From positions 1 through 60,601 of the IMG/VR virus record IMGVR_UViG_3300037511_000207: a DNA stretch of 60,601 nt, one strand, 5' to 3'. The notes under the pieces were generated by a model that was not told the DNA's origin, ran no database searches, and saw only the letters and a list, made by a program, of their open reading frames with translations. A program made the position numbers and the translations under genes. How positions within the stretch are numbered: the first letter of the stretch is position 1; each line of letters begins with the position of its first letter. Source of the stretch: a virus. Taxonomy: Duplodnaviria > Caudoviricetes. Positions 50,911-59,230 of this stretch are shown piece after piece.

Positions 50911-53135
50911 CGCCCACACCCAACACGGTGCAGCAGGCCACTCTGCTCGCGCATCAAGGCTTTCGTCTCGTTCCGACCAACGGCAAGGTAGCCACCACCG
51001 ACGGTTTCGGCGCCGAAAACCCTACATTCACGTGCGGCCCGGAGTGGTTCGCCAATCCCGGCACCAAGGTGGGGATCCTGTGTGGCCCCTGCCCTGCGCT
51101 CGGATCTGACTGGCTCTTGTGCGTCGACATCGACGGCGAGAACTGGGACGAGGTACCCGAACTCCGCGCCTTCGTCGACCTGCTGCCGCTGCACACGCTC
51201 GAGAGCCACGGCGGGCGTCACATCTTCCTCCGCGTCCCGGCAACGCGCGCACTCGAGCTCGAGCAGTGGCCCAACGTGTTCCGTACCAAGACGCGCACTG
51301 GCTGCGCCATCGACCTGAAATGGGCTGGCGGCTACGCCTGCGAGGCCTGGGACTGGGAGGCCAGCACGGACACCACAGCGCTGGCGGCGGCGATCGCACC
51401 CCTGCCCGAGGCGGCCCTGGCCATGCTGCTGGAGGCGCGGGCCGCACGCACGACGTCCGCGGCAGGCACCCCGCCCGCGCTGCCCGCGCCCGATCGTGGC
51501 GACGACTTCCTACGCGCGCAGGGCTTCGATCCCGAGCTGGTTCGTGAGGACGCCAAGAAGTGGCTGCTCTCGCCCGCAGCGCCAATGCCGGACGCCGTCG
51601 GTGATGGCGGGACCGCCATGCTGCTGGCCGTGGGCGCGCTCATGGTGGGTTTCGGGCTCGATGATGAGACCGTCTTTGACCTGACTGCGGAGGTCTACTG
51701 CCCGCGCGCGTGGCCCGGGGACGCCCCCGACGAGACCCAGATTGCCCACAAGATCGACCAGATCGACATCAACGGGTCCGAGCGCTTCACTGTGCCGCTG
51801 CAGCTCGCCGTCGTAGCGCGCGAGACCCGAAGGGGTGCAGCTCTGATCCTGGCGCCGGTTTCGATTCCCGAGTTGCCCGCGTCAGTGCCGCCCACACCCG
51901 ATCGTGACCCGACACAGCTACTGGCGACGCTCGAATACCGCCTATCACGCACCGCCAAGGGCGAGCTCAAGAACTCGGTGCACAACACCTTGCTCGTGCT
52001 GTCGCTCCACCCACTGTGGCGCGGGCTATTCGGTTACGACGAGTTCACGCACGACGTTGTTTTTTTGCGCGACCCTATTGGTGTGCTCGAGCTCAACCAA
52101 GTACACGCCGGGGACATCTTCAACGAGGACGTTCATCCCACCCCAATCCGCTCCTGGTTCGGCCGCGGCTTCCACGAGCCCAGCACCGCTGAGATGATCG
52201 CCGCCGTCCACACCGCCGCCAAGGAGCGGCGATTCCACGCCGTGCGGCGCTACTTCGACGGCGTGCGCGGCACCTGGGATGGCGTCGATCGCAACCTGGT
52301 GGACTACCTCGGGGCAGAGCCCACCCCCTACCACCGCGCTGTGTGTGCCAAGTGGCTTCGCAGTGCCGTGGCGCGCGCCATGGTGCCGGGCGCCAAGGCG
52401 GACACCATGCTGATCCTCGAGGGCCGCCAGGGGCTTCGCAAGAGCACGGCGCTGCGGTGCCTGTGCCCCGATGTGCGTTGGTTCTTCGAGGCCGCCTCGC
52501 GCGATGTCGGCTCGAAAGACTTCATGCAGGACATGCGGGGGAAATGGCTCTGCGAGATCCCCGAGGTGGACCAGCTCATTCAGTCCCGGGATGAGAGTGA
52601 GCTCAAGGCACTGCTTTCCAGGGTGTCGGACAACTACCGCGCCTCGTACGCCAGACGGACGCAGGACTTCCTGCGACAACTGGTCTTCGGGGGGACCACC
52701 AACAAGGGGGGTTACCTCCGCGACGAGACGGGCAACCGCCGCTACTGGGCAGTCGCGTGCGGGGTGATCGGGCCGATCCTCGACGGTGCCATCTGCGACG
52801 ACCGAGATCAGCTCTGGGCGCAGGCACTGGCAGAGTACGAGGCCGGTGAGGTCTGGCACCTCACGTCCGAGGAGGACGTCCTGGCTACTCAGGAACAGGC
52901 GGCGCGCCTCGAGACCGACGTGTGGACCGATTCGGTGCAAGCGTGGCTCGAGGTCCGCGGCGACGAGCCCTTCACCCTGGTCGAGGTGCTCGGGTCACTC
53001 AGCGGGGCCAAGCCTGTGGCTGACCTCGACCAGAGGGACATGAACCGGATGGCGAAACTGTTGCGGCACCTCGGGTACGAAGCACGACGCCAGCGCTGCG
53101 GCGGCAGACCGACCAAGCTTTGGGTCCGTTCGTGA
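50907..53135 (+). CDS. Prim-Pol primase fused to VapE/VirE-type helicase
   Basis: VDID, GRHIF; GRQGLRKST Walker A, YRASY, GTTN, DETGNRRYW. Confidence 0.9.
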   Translation: MTPTPNTVQQATLLAHQGFRLVPTNGKVATTDGFGAENPTFTCGPEWFANPGTKVGILCGPCPALGSDWLLCVDIDGENWDEVPELRAFVDLLPLHTLESHGGRHIFLRVPATRALELEQWPNVFRTKTRTGCAIDLKWAGGYACEAWDWEASTDTTALAAAIAPLPEAALAMLLEARAARTTSAAGTPPALPAPDRGDDFLRAQGFDPELVREDAKKWLLSPAAPMPDAVGDGGTAMLLAVGALMVGFGLDDETVFDLTAEVYCPRAWPGDAPDETQIAHKIDQIDINGSERFTVPLQLAVVARETRRGAALILAPVSIPELPASVPPTPDRDPTQLLATLEYRLSRTAKGELKNSVHNTLLVLSLHPLWRGLFGYDEFTHDVVFLRDPIGVLELNQVHAGDIFNEDVHPTPIRSWFGRGFHEPSTAEMIAAVHTAAKERRFHAVRRYFDGVRGTWDGVDRNLVDYLGAEPTPYHRAVCAKWLRSAVARAMVPGAKADTMLILEGRQGLRKSTALRCLCPDVRWFFEAASRDVGSKDFMQDMRGKWLCEIPEVDQLIQSRDESELKALLSRVSDNYRASYARRTQDFLRQLVFGGTTNKGGYLRDETGNRRYWAVACGVIGPILDGAICDDRDQLWAQALAEYEAGEVWHLTSEEDVLATQEQAARLETDVWTDSVQAWLEVRGDEPFTLVEVLGSLSGAKPVADLDQRDMNRMAKLLRHLGYEARRQRCGGRPTKLWVRS

Positions 53136-53264
53136 TCCCCCGATCACCCTGATCACCCTGAAATCTCGGAAAGGTCCAGAAGACTCGATTTCCAGTATGG
53201 CTGAATATGACACTTCTGCGACCTGTCCGGGAAATCGGGGTGATCAGGGTGATCGGGGTGATCA
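53133..53264. repeat. Long imperfect inverted repeat built from GATCACCC units
   Basis: TGATCCCCCGATCACCCTGATCACCCTG ... CGGGGTGATCAGGGTGATCGGGGTGATCA. Confidence 0.8.
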
Positions 53265-53669
53265 GCCCTGGCGATCTGGACCCAACCCGCGGAATTCCAG
53301 TAACACTTGTCCGCTGAGAGCGATCCGAGCCCGACGTATTGTCATGTATTGTCGTTGGAGAGTGAAACTGACTCAATCGGAGCCCCGTGACGTGGTCGGG
53401 ACTCCGGGTGATCGACCGCGCCGACCGCTCTTGTGACCTTTCCAGAAATTTTCTAGGATCCACGCGGGTATGAGAAGCCCCGTCTGGCGATCGCGCACGT
53501 GAGGCCACCCCGCCCTCGCGGCGCTCTGGCGAGCTGCTGCGGGCTTCGTGGCACACATGCGCAGCGCACTCCACCTACGTGTAGTTGCGAGCTCGGCCTG
53601 CGAGAACGGCCCCTAAGTGCCCGAGATCACAGAGATGTGCGCTAGCGTCCACCGCTAGCGGGCTGCGCG

Positions 53670-53739
53670 AGTGGCACAGAGTGTGCCATCCAGTGGCACA
53701 ACTTGTGCCAGACTGTGCCAAGTGGCACAGAGTGTGCCA
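53670..53739. repeat. Three TGGCACA-N3-TGTGCCA palindromes
   Basis: Copies near 53672, 53694 and 53723. Confidence 0.85.
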
Positions 53740-53801
53740 CGCCCTCGCACGCACTGTCGGACATTAGAGACCGAGTGAGTTGGCCACCGGCACTCGTTCA
53801 A

Positions 53802-53957
53802 ATTACAGTGTCACTTGTGGGTTCACTTCGGCACAGTACGATCATCTGGCACGCCACGTGAATTCCAGTGTCACTTGTGGGTTCACTTGGGCACAGTGCC
53901 CGGCCTGCCCCTGCGGGAGCGTGGCCGGATTACAGTGTCACTTGTGGGTTCACTTCG
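53802..53957. repeat. Three direct repeats with core CAGTGTCACTTGTGGGTTCACTT
   Basis: Exact 23-mer at 53806, 53866 and 53933. Confidence 0.9.
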
Positions 53958-53963
53958 GGGCTA

Positions 53964-54215
53964 TCACACCGTGGTGCGGCCCGCGGCACGGCGGGCCAGG
54001 TTGCGCTCGGCAGCGCGGTCCGCCTCAAGGAGCCGGGCCGCCAGCGGGGCGCGCTGCATGGGCGCTACCCGGGCGAGGTACACCGCCGCACTGGCGAACA
54101 GGTCGACGTGGTCATCGCGGCGGCTGAGGATCTCGAGACCCTGGCGAGCGGTGCTGAAGTCACCGGCGAGCAGGGCGGCGTTGGTGGTGTCGAACAGCTG
54201 CGTCGTGGTCTTCAT
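53964..54215 (-). CDS. Small early protein
   Basis: ATG 8 nt after the promoter motif at 54224-54254. Confidence 0.6.
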   Translation of the reverse strand: MKTTTQLFDTTNAALLAGDFSTARQGLEILSRRDDHVDLFASAAVYLARVAPMQRAPLAARLLEADRAAERNLARRAAGRTTV

Positions 54216-54371
54216 GTCCCGAGTGAACGGCGGAGCGCGGTCGCCCTGCAGTCAATTCTGGCGGACGCCGTCAGATCGGTGTGTTCGTGTGGGTGGCGCA
54301 CTGCACCCACCAATCTGACGCCAGCCAGCGCTTTTGACTGCAGACTGGCGGCAAGAGACCGTTCATGTCTA

Positions 54372-54560
54372 GTGAGAGCAACGACGCGGGCAACCGCGGA
54401 GACGACAGCGCCCTGTCAGTGGGCGCCACGCCGATTGATGAACCCGGCCGGATGGATCGGTTCGAGGCCTTCCCTGCCTGAAACTGGGAGCGCAAGCTGC
54501 GCGCCGAGACAGCACCGAAGACCCGGCCGCCCACCATAGCGCGCCGGGTTTCGTGTTTCT
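54372..54560 (+). ncRNA. Candidate structured ncRNA
   Basis: Follows the promoter at 54335; several hairpins including two GCAA tetraloops; terminator-like end; no convincing ORF. Confidence 0.35.
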
Positions 54561-54647
54561 GCACTCCACACCCACAGGGCCACACCGATCTGACGCCAGC
54601 CTGCTCTTTTGACTGCAGTTCGACGCCACGCTACCGTTCTGAGGAGC

Positions 54648-54899
54648 ATGAACACGATGCTGACTGTGCCCGCCGCCGTGATGACTGCCGCCACCCTGAC
54701 CCCGGCCGCCATGGGCGCGCTGCCCGCGTGCGACCTGGTCCTCGGCATCGTGCCCCGCGCCGCCCGCGTCCCCAGCGACATGGCGGAGCTCGCCACAGCG
54801 GCGACCCTAGCGTTCTGCCCGGTGCGTGGTGCCAGCCGCCGTGCTCGCGAGGATCACATCGCAGGCCTGATCAGCTCCTCGCTCGCGATGGCGGCCTGA
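54648..54899 (+). CDS. Small early protein
   Basis: ATG 7 nt after the promoter motif. Confidence 0.55.
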   Translation: MNTMLTVPAAVMTAATLTPAAMGALPACDLVLGIVPRAARVPSDMAELATAATLAFCPVRGASRRAREDHIAGLISSSLAMAA

Positions 54900-54983
54900 A
54901 TCGGGAATCGCCGCCGCGCTGACGAATTGACTCTAGACTGACCGCAGACGACCGCTCACCTCTAACAGGAGCACGACACCACC

Positions 54984-55202
54984 ATGACCATCATCAACGC
55001 CGCCCGCACGATCATCGCCACAGCCGCGCTGCTGCTCGCGCCCGCCGTCTGCCACGCCACGCCACCCACCACGATCGCCGACGCGGCGCGCGCCCCCGGG
55101 GCCAGCTGCGCCCGGGCCACCTACATCCGCCCGAGTGACGGCGCGATCGTGACCCGCGTCGTGTGTGCTCTGCCGGCGCCGGCCCCGCGGGGTGCCAAGT
55201 GA
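54984..55202 (+). CDS. Small secreted protein
   Basis: AGGAG RBS; signal-peptide-like N-terminus. Confidence 0.55.
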   Translation: MTIINAARTIIATAALLLAPAVCHATPPTTIADAARAPGASCARATYIRPSDGAIVTRVVCALPAPAPRGAK

Positions 55203-55369
55203 TCTACACCGACGCACAAGGACGGCCCGTCCCGAAGCCCGATCCGGCGGATTTTCCCGACACAGTCTCCTTTATCCGTGCCTACCACGCATGGCGCGAC
55301 CGCATCGCTGATGTAGGTAACAAGGCGTTCGAGCAGCAGTTCCGCAAGTCCCTCCGAGGTACCAAGTGA
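55199..55369 (+). CDS. Small hypothetical protein
   Basis: GTGA coupling. Confidence 0.5.
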   Translation: MIYTDAQGRPVPKPDPADFPDTVSFIRAYHAWRDRIADVGNKAFEQQFRKSLRGTK

Positions 55370-55635
55370 TGCCGCCGCACGCCGAGGCCATCGTGGTGGT
55401 CGCGAGTCATCGCGCGCGGTCCGTGACCGCTACCATGGCGCAAGCGGAGGCCCTCGCTGACCTGGTGCGCGATCACGGTCTGCCCGCCCGGGTCGTGGTC
55501 GGCCGCAAGCGCGGCGGCATCCGGATCCGCGCAGCCATGCCGCGCCGCCCCACCCGCAGCGGGGTGTGCTGCTGGCGCAGCCCGGTCTGGCTGCCCGTCG
55601 ACCGCGCCGCGGTGCTCGAGTGGCTGGGTTACTGA
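55366..55635 (+). CDS. Small hypothetical protein
   Basis: GAGG RBS; coupled to the upstream gene. Confidence 0.5.
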   Translation: MMPPHAEAIVVVASHRARSVTATMAQAEALADLVRDHGLPARVVVGRKRGGIRIRAAMPRRPTRSGVCCWRSPVWLPVDRAAVLEWLGY

Positions 55636-55777
55636 CCGCACCGCCCCGCCTGACCCGAAAAGGGAATCGACACCGACCAGCATAATTGACTCCAGACTGA
55701 CCGCAGACAGTCGTTCTGTACTAGTGAGAGCAACGACGCGGCACCCGCCGCGACCCACCCCAAAGGACACCGCCACC

Positions 55778-56059
55778 ATGATCCGAGCCACCGTCTACGC
55801 CCGCAGCCAGTACAACCCCTGTTTCGAGGCTGGCGAGAGCCGCACCTTCGGCACCGAGCGTGCCGCCGAGCTCTGGGCTGCCAGTGTGCTGCCGCCCACC
55901 GTGACCACGAACGACTGCTACCACCGCGACGTCGGTCGCGCCCCGAGCGTTCGCCTCGCTCGAGTCGATGGCAACGGCGAGAGCAAGACCCTGCTGCGCT
56001 ATGTCGAAGCGCCCGTGGTCATCCACCGCAGCGTCGGGGAGCTCGGGTACGGTGCCTAA
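55778..56059 (+). CDS. Small hypothetical protein
   Basis: AAGGA RBS after the promoter motif. Confidence 0.55.
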   Translation: MIRATVYARSQYNPCFEAGESRTFGTERAAELWAASVLPPTVTTNDCYHRDVGRAPSVRLARVDGNGESKTLLRYVEAPVVIHRSVGELGYGA

Positions 56060-56549
56060 TCCGACATACGGACAGCTCGCCGCCGGCCGCCGCGACCTGA
56101 AAGGCAAGGCTCGCGCAGCCGCGGAGCTCGAGGCCTGGCACCAGTCACCCGAAGGCGTGACCGCTTACAAGGCCGCCTTCTCCGCCGCGTGCGAGGGTGC
56201 CAACAAACTTGGCATGGATCACGGCATCACGTTCGATGGCCATGTCTCTGGCGGCCGGTTGATCTACGGTGGCTGGCGCGTGTGGCCGCTGCCGGCGAAG
56301 CAGTACCGCTACGGCGCCGACCACACCTGCGGCGTGATCCACCCGGTGGATCGCGAGCGCACGCTGTCCGGACATGGCCCGGAGGCGATCCGCCCGGCGA
56401 GCCCAGTCGGCCCAGACCACCATGGCGGGCCGTGGATCGGGCGCGAGGCGGCGCTTGAGGAGATCCGCGCGTGGCAGGGTGGTGAGCCACTCGGCCCGAA
56501 CGGACTGCTCCCGGCCGGTCACGAAAACGATCCGTCGCGTCGAAAATGA
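56052..56549 (+). CDS. Hypothetical protein
   Basis: GGAG RBS; stop codon is the TGA of the next promoter motif. Confidence 0.55.
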   Translation: MPNPTYGQLAAGRRDLKGKARAAAELEAWHQSPEGVTAYKAAFSAACEGANKLGMDHGITFDGHVSGGRLIYGGWRVWPLPAKQYRYGADHTCGVIHPVDRERTLSGHGPEAIRPASPVGPDHHGGPWIGREAALEEIRAWQGGEPLGPNGLLPAGHENDPSRRK

Positions 56550-56600
56550 CTCCAGACTGACCGCAGACCGCCGTTCACATCAACAGGAGACAACGACGCC

Positions 56601-56891
56601 ATGACCTACCGCAACACCGCCCCGCAACCCATTGCTGCCCGCAAGCCGCTCCGCCTCGGATGCACTCTCGAACAGCACGCCCGCATGGGCATCGACGCGG
56701 TCGTGAACGCTCGCGGCGGTGAGATCTGGCGCAACGACCTGGACGTGATCGAGGAGAACGAGATGGCGCGCGACGCCTGGAAGGTGCGCGACAAGCTCGA
56801 ACGCAACGTGACGATCTACCAGTTCAACAGCCGACACTTCCGCCGGCGCCCGGAACTGCAGTCGCTGCTCACATCGCGATCGGACTGGTGA
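56601..56891 (+). CDS. Hypothetical protein
   Basis: AGGAG RBS after the promoter motif. Confidence 0.6.
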   Translation: MTYRNTAPQPIAARKPLRLGCTLEQHARMGIDAVVNARGGEIWRNDLDVIEENEMARDAWKVRDKLERNVTIYQFNSRHFRRRPELQSLLTSRSDW

Positions 56892-57020
56892 TCTCATGGC
56901 CAGCCTCTTCCGACTCCTCGCCACCATCGCCCTGCTCGCTGGCGCCGCCACGGTGCTCGCGCCCATGCTGACCGCCCTCGAGGGAGCGGCCACGGCCGGT
57001 CATGCGCACCGGAGCGTTCG

Positions 57021-57248
57021 ATGAAAACCCAGATTGCTTGTCTGATTGACAACGCCCGCCGCCTCGGCCACGAGTCGCAGACGGCGGCGTTAGCGATTGA
57101 ACTCGTGACGGCGTCTCCGGCGCACTCGCTCTGTTGCTGGTGCGCCGAGCACGTCGAAGGGGACGCCGTCCGGCTGCCCCGCGGCGGTGAATGCTCGCGG
57201 TGTCCCTACGTCGGACGCGACTGCCTTGTGGTTGTCGTTGCGAATTGA
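57021..57248 (+). CDS. Small Zn-finger protein
   Basis: CCWC...CSRC. Confidence 0.5.
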   Translation: MKTQIACLIDNARRLGHESQTAALAIELVTASPAHSLCCWCAEHVEGDAVRLPRGGECSRCPYVGRDCLVVVVAN

Positions 57249-57283
57249 CTTCAGCCCTCCCCCACCCCGCCGTTCACAGAGAT

Positions 57284-57562
57284 ATGAGCAACGCAACATA
57301 TCAACCCAGCGCAACAGCCGAGCATGCAAAGCAGCTCCGCAATCAGTTCTATCGTGCCTCCGAGGCACCCTATCACGTCTGGGTAAAGCAACCCGGTAAG
57401 CGGGGTGGTTGGAGGCTGGAAGTGAACCCGGAACGTGCGCGCGCTGTGAATCTCGCCCACCAAGTCCGTGACCTGTATCTGGCAGACCCGTTGGACCCCT
57501 GGATCCGCCAATACTGGGCACAGGTGGAAGCGAACTGCGGCCGACTGATGATCAAGATCTGA
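57284..57562 (+). CDS. Hypothetical protein
   Basis: ATG 7 nt after the promoter motif. Confidence 0.55.
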   Translation: MSNATYQPSATAEHAKQLRNQFYRASEAPYHVWVKQPGKRGGWRLEVNPERARAVNLAHQVRDLYLADPLDPWIRQYWAQVEANCGRLMIKI

Positions 57563-57597
57563 CTCCAGTCTGCCCTCAGCGAGCCGTTCACACTATT

Positions 57598-58791
57598 ATG
57601 ACCACCCCCGCGCTCCGATCCTACCAGGCCGCGGCCGTCGCCTCGGTTCGCGCCCACTGGAGCGCCGGGCGGCGCCGCGTGGTGTGCTGTCTGCCCACCG
57701 GCGCAGGCAAGACGGTCGTCGCGACCGCGCTGCTCGCCGGCGCGACCCGACCGCTGGCGCTCGTGCACACACGCACCCTCGCCACCCAGACCCGACGCCG
57801 CTGCCCGGGTGTGCGCGTTCTCACGATCCAGTCGGCCCTCGCGGGCGCGGCCCGGCGCGATGGCACGGTGCTCGCGGCGCTGGCCGCCGCGGATGTCGTC
57901 TTCGTTGATGAGTGCCACCACCTGGCGAGTGCCAGCTGGGTGCGCGTGCTCTCGCTGCTGTCACCCACCGCCCGCATCGTTGGGTGCACCGCCACCCCGG
58001 TACGCGCCGATGGCACCGCGCTGGGCACTGGCGGCGCGGGCTTCGACGCCATGGTGGCGACCGCCCCGTACAGCGCGCTGCTGCGCGCCGGGCACCTGGC
58101 AGCCGTCACGGTAGTGGCCACCCCAGGTATGGCCCCTGCGGCCGCGTACCTGGCCCATGGCCGCGCGGCGGCGGGCGGGTGGCGCCCCGGCATCCTGTTC
58201 GCCCCCACGATCGCAGAGTGCACCGCTGCTGTGGCCACGTTGAGCGCCGCCGGTGTGCGTGCTGCCAGCATCGACGCCACGACCCCCGGTCGGGCCCGCG
58301 CTGCGGCGTTCGCTGCCTACGAGGCCGGCGAGATCGACCTGCTGGCGAGCCCGATGGCGCTGAGCGAGGGCTTCGACTCGCCGCGCGCCGCGGTGTGCGT
58401 GCTCGATCGCGCATGCGCACACGTGGGCACCTACATGCAGATGGCCGGGCGCGTGCTGCGCCCGCACCCCAGCAAGGACCCCGCCAGCGGCGGCGCCCCG
58501 GCCCTGGTGCTTGACTGCCGCGGCGCAAGCGAGCTGCACGGCTCACCCACAGACGACCGGGTCTACAGCCTCGAGGGCGAGGGCATTCGCCCCGCCGCGC
58601 GGGCAGCCACCCCAGGTGGTGGTGGCGTCGGTGGTGCCGTTGGGCGCGCGGGCGCGGCGCGGCGGGTTGCGCGGCCCTCGGGGGTGGTGCGGCGCTCGGC
58701 GCCGGCCGCGGCGGGGTACGCCATCGGCAGTGCGGCGCGCGAGCTCGGCCAGGCCGTGGCGGGGCTGTGGCGATCGTTGTGGGCGGCGTAG
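57598..58791 (+). CDS. SF2 DExH helicase (ResIII/UvsW-like)
   Basis: LRSYQ, PTGAGKT, DECHH, TATP, EGFD, QMAGRVLR. Confidence 0.9.
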   Translation: MTTPALRSYQAAAVASVRAHWSAGRRRVVCCLPTGAGKTVVATALLAGATRPLALVHTRTLATQTRRRCPGVRVLTIQSALAGAARRDGTVLAALAAADVVFVDECHHLASASWVRVLSLLSPTARIVGCTATPVRADGTALGTGGAGFDAMVATAPYSALLRAGHLAAVTVVATPGMAPAAAYLAHGRAAAGGWRPGILFAPTIAECTAAVATLSAAGVRAASIDATTPGRARAAAFAAYEAGEIDLLASPMALSEGFDSPRAAVCVLDRACAHVGTYMQMAGRVLRPHPSKDPASGGAPALVLDCRGASELHGSPTDDRVYSLEGEGIRPAARAATPGGGGVGGAVGRAGAARRVARPSGVVRRSAPAAAGYAIGSAARELGQAVAGLWRSLWAA

Positions 58792-58864
58792 CAAACGGAA
58801 CCCTGCCTTCCCTTTCGTGGTAGTACCGATCGATCGGCTGATCGATCCGATTGACCGGCCTAAT

Positions 58865-59230
58865 CTACGAGCCAAGAAAAACTCGGGGCGGTACAGTGGG
58901 GCTGCACTGCCGGATCCGGAACGCCACGAGGCTGTGCCGAAGCAGCTCGATCCAGGCGCCGCACTCGCAGCGCACCTCGTACAGGCCGTTGTTCGTTGTG
59001 CCCTGGTCGGGGTCCTGCAGCGCGCGGCAGCAGTAGGGGCACTCCGGGGTCTCGGTGAACTCGGGCGGCCCCTGGGGCTCTGTGGTGGCCAGCGCCGGGG
59101 GTGGCTGGGCGGCCGCGACCGCCGACTCGGGCGGCGTGCGGGGCGGGGCGGTGTCGGGCCGGGGAGGGGTGTTTCGTTTTCGTGAAGACATCCCCCAAGC
59201 CAAGCCAGCCCTGTGCCAAGCCACAATCAC
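58865..59230 (-). CDS. Small Zn-ribbon protein downstream of int
   Basis: CPYC...CECG; GTGA overlap with the int stop. Confidence 0.45.
   Translation of the reverse strand: MIVAWHRAGLAWGMSSRKRNTPPRPDTAPPRTPPESAVAAAQPPPALATTEPQGPPEFTETPECPYCCRALQDPDQGTTNNGLYEVRCECGAWIELLRHSLVAFRIRQCSPTVPPRVFLGS

Noticed and set aside
53802-53957. Bona fide CRISPR array
   Set aside because: Only three copies, uneven spacers, atypical repeat ends and no cas operon; the Cas4-like gene is an ordinary phage exonuclease
54430-54490. Hammerhead ribozyme (TGATGA...GAAA)
   Set aside because: The core lacks the C of CUGANGA and the three stems cannot be built
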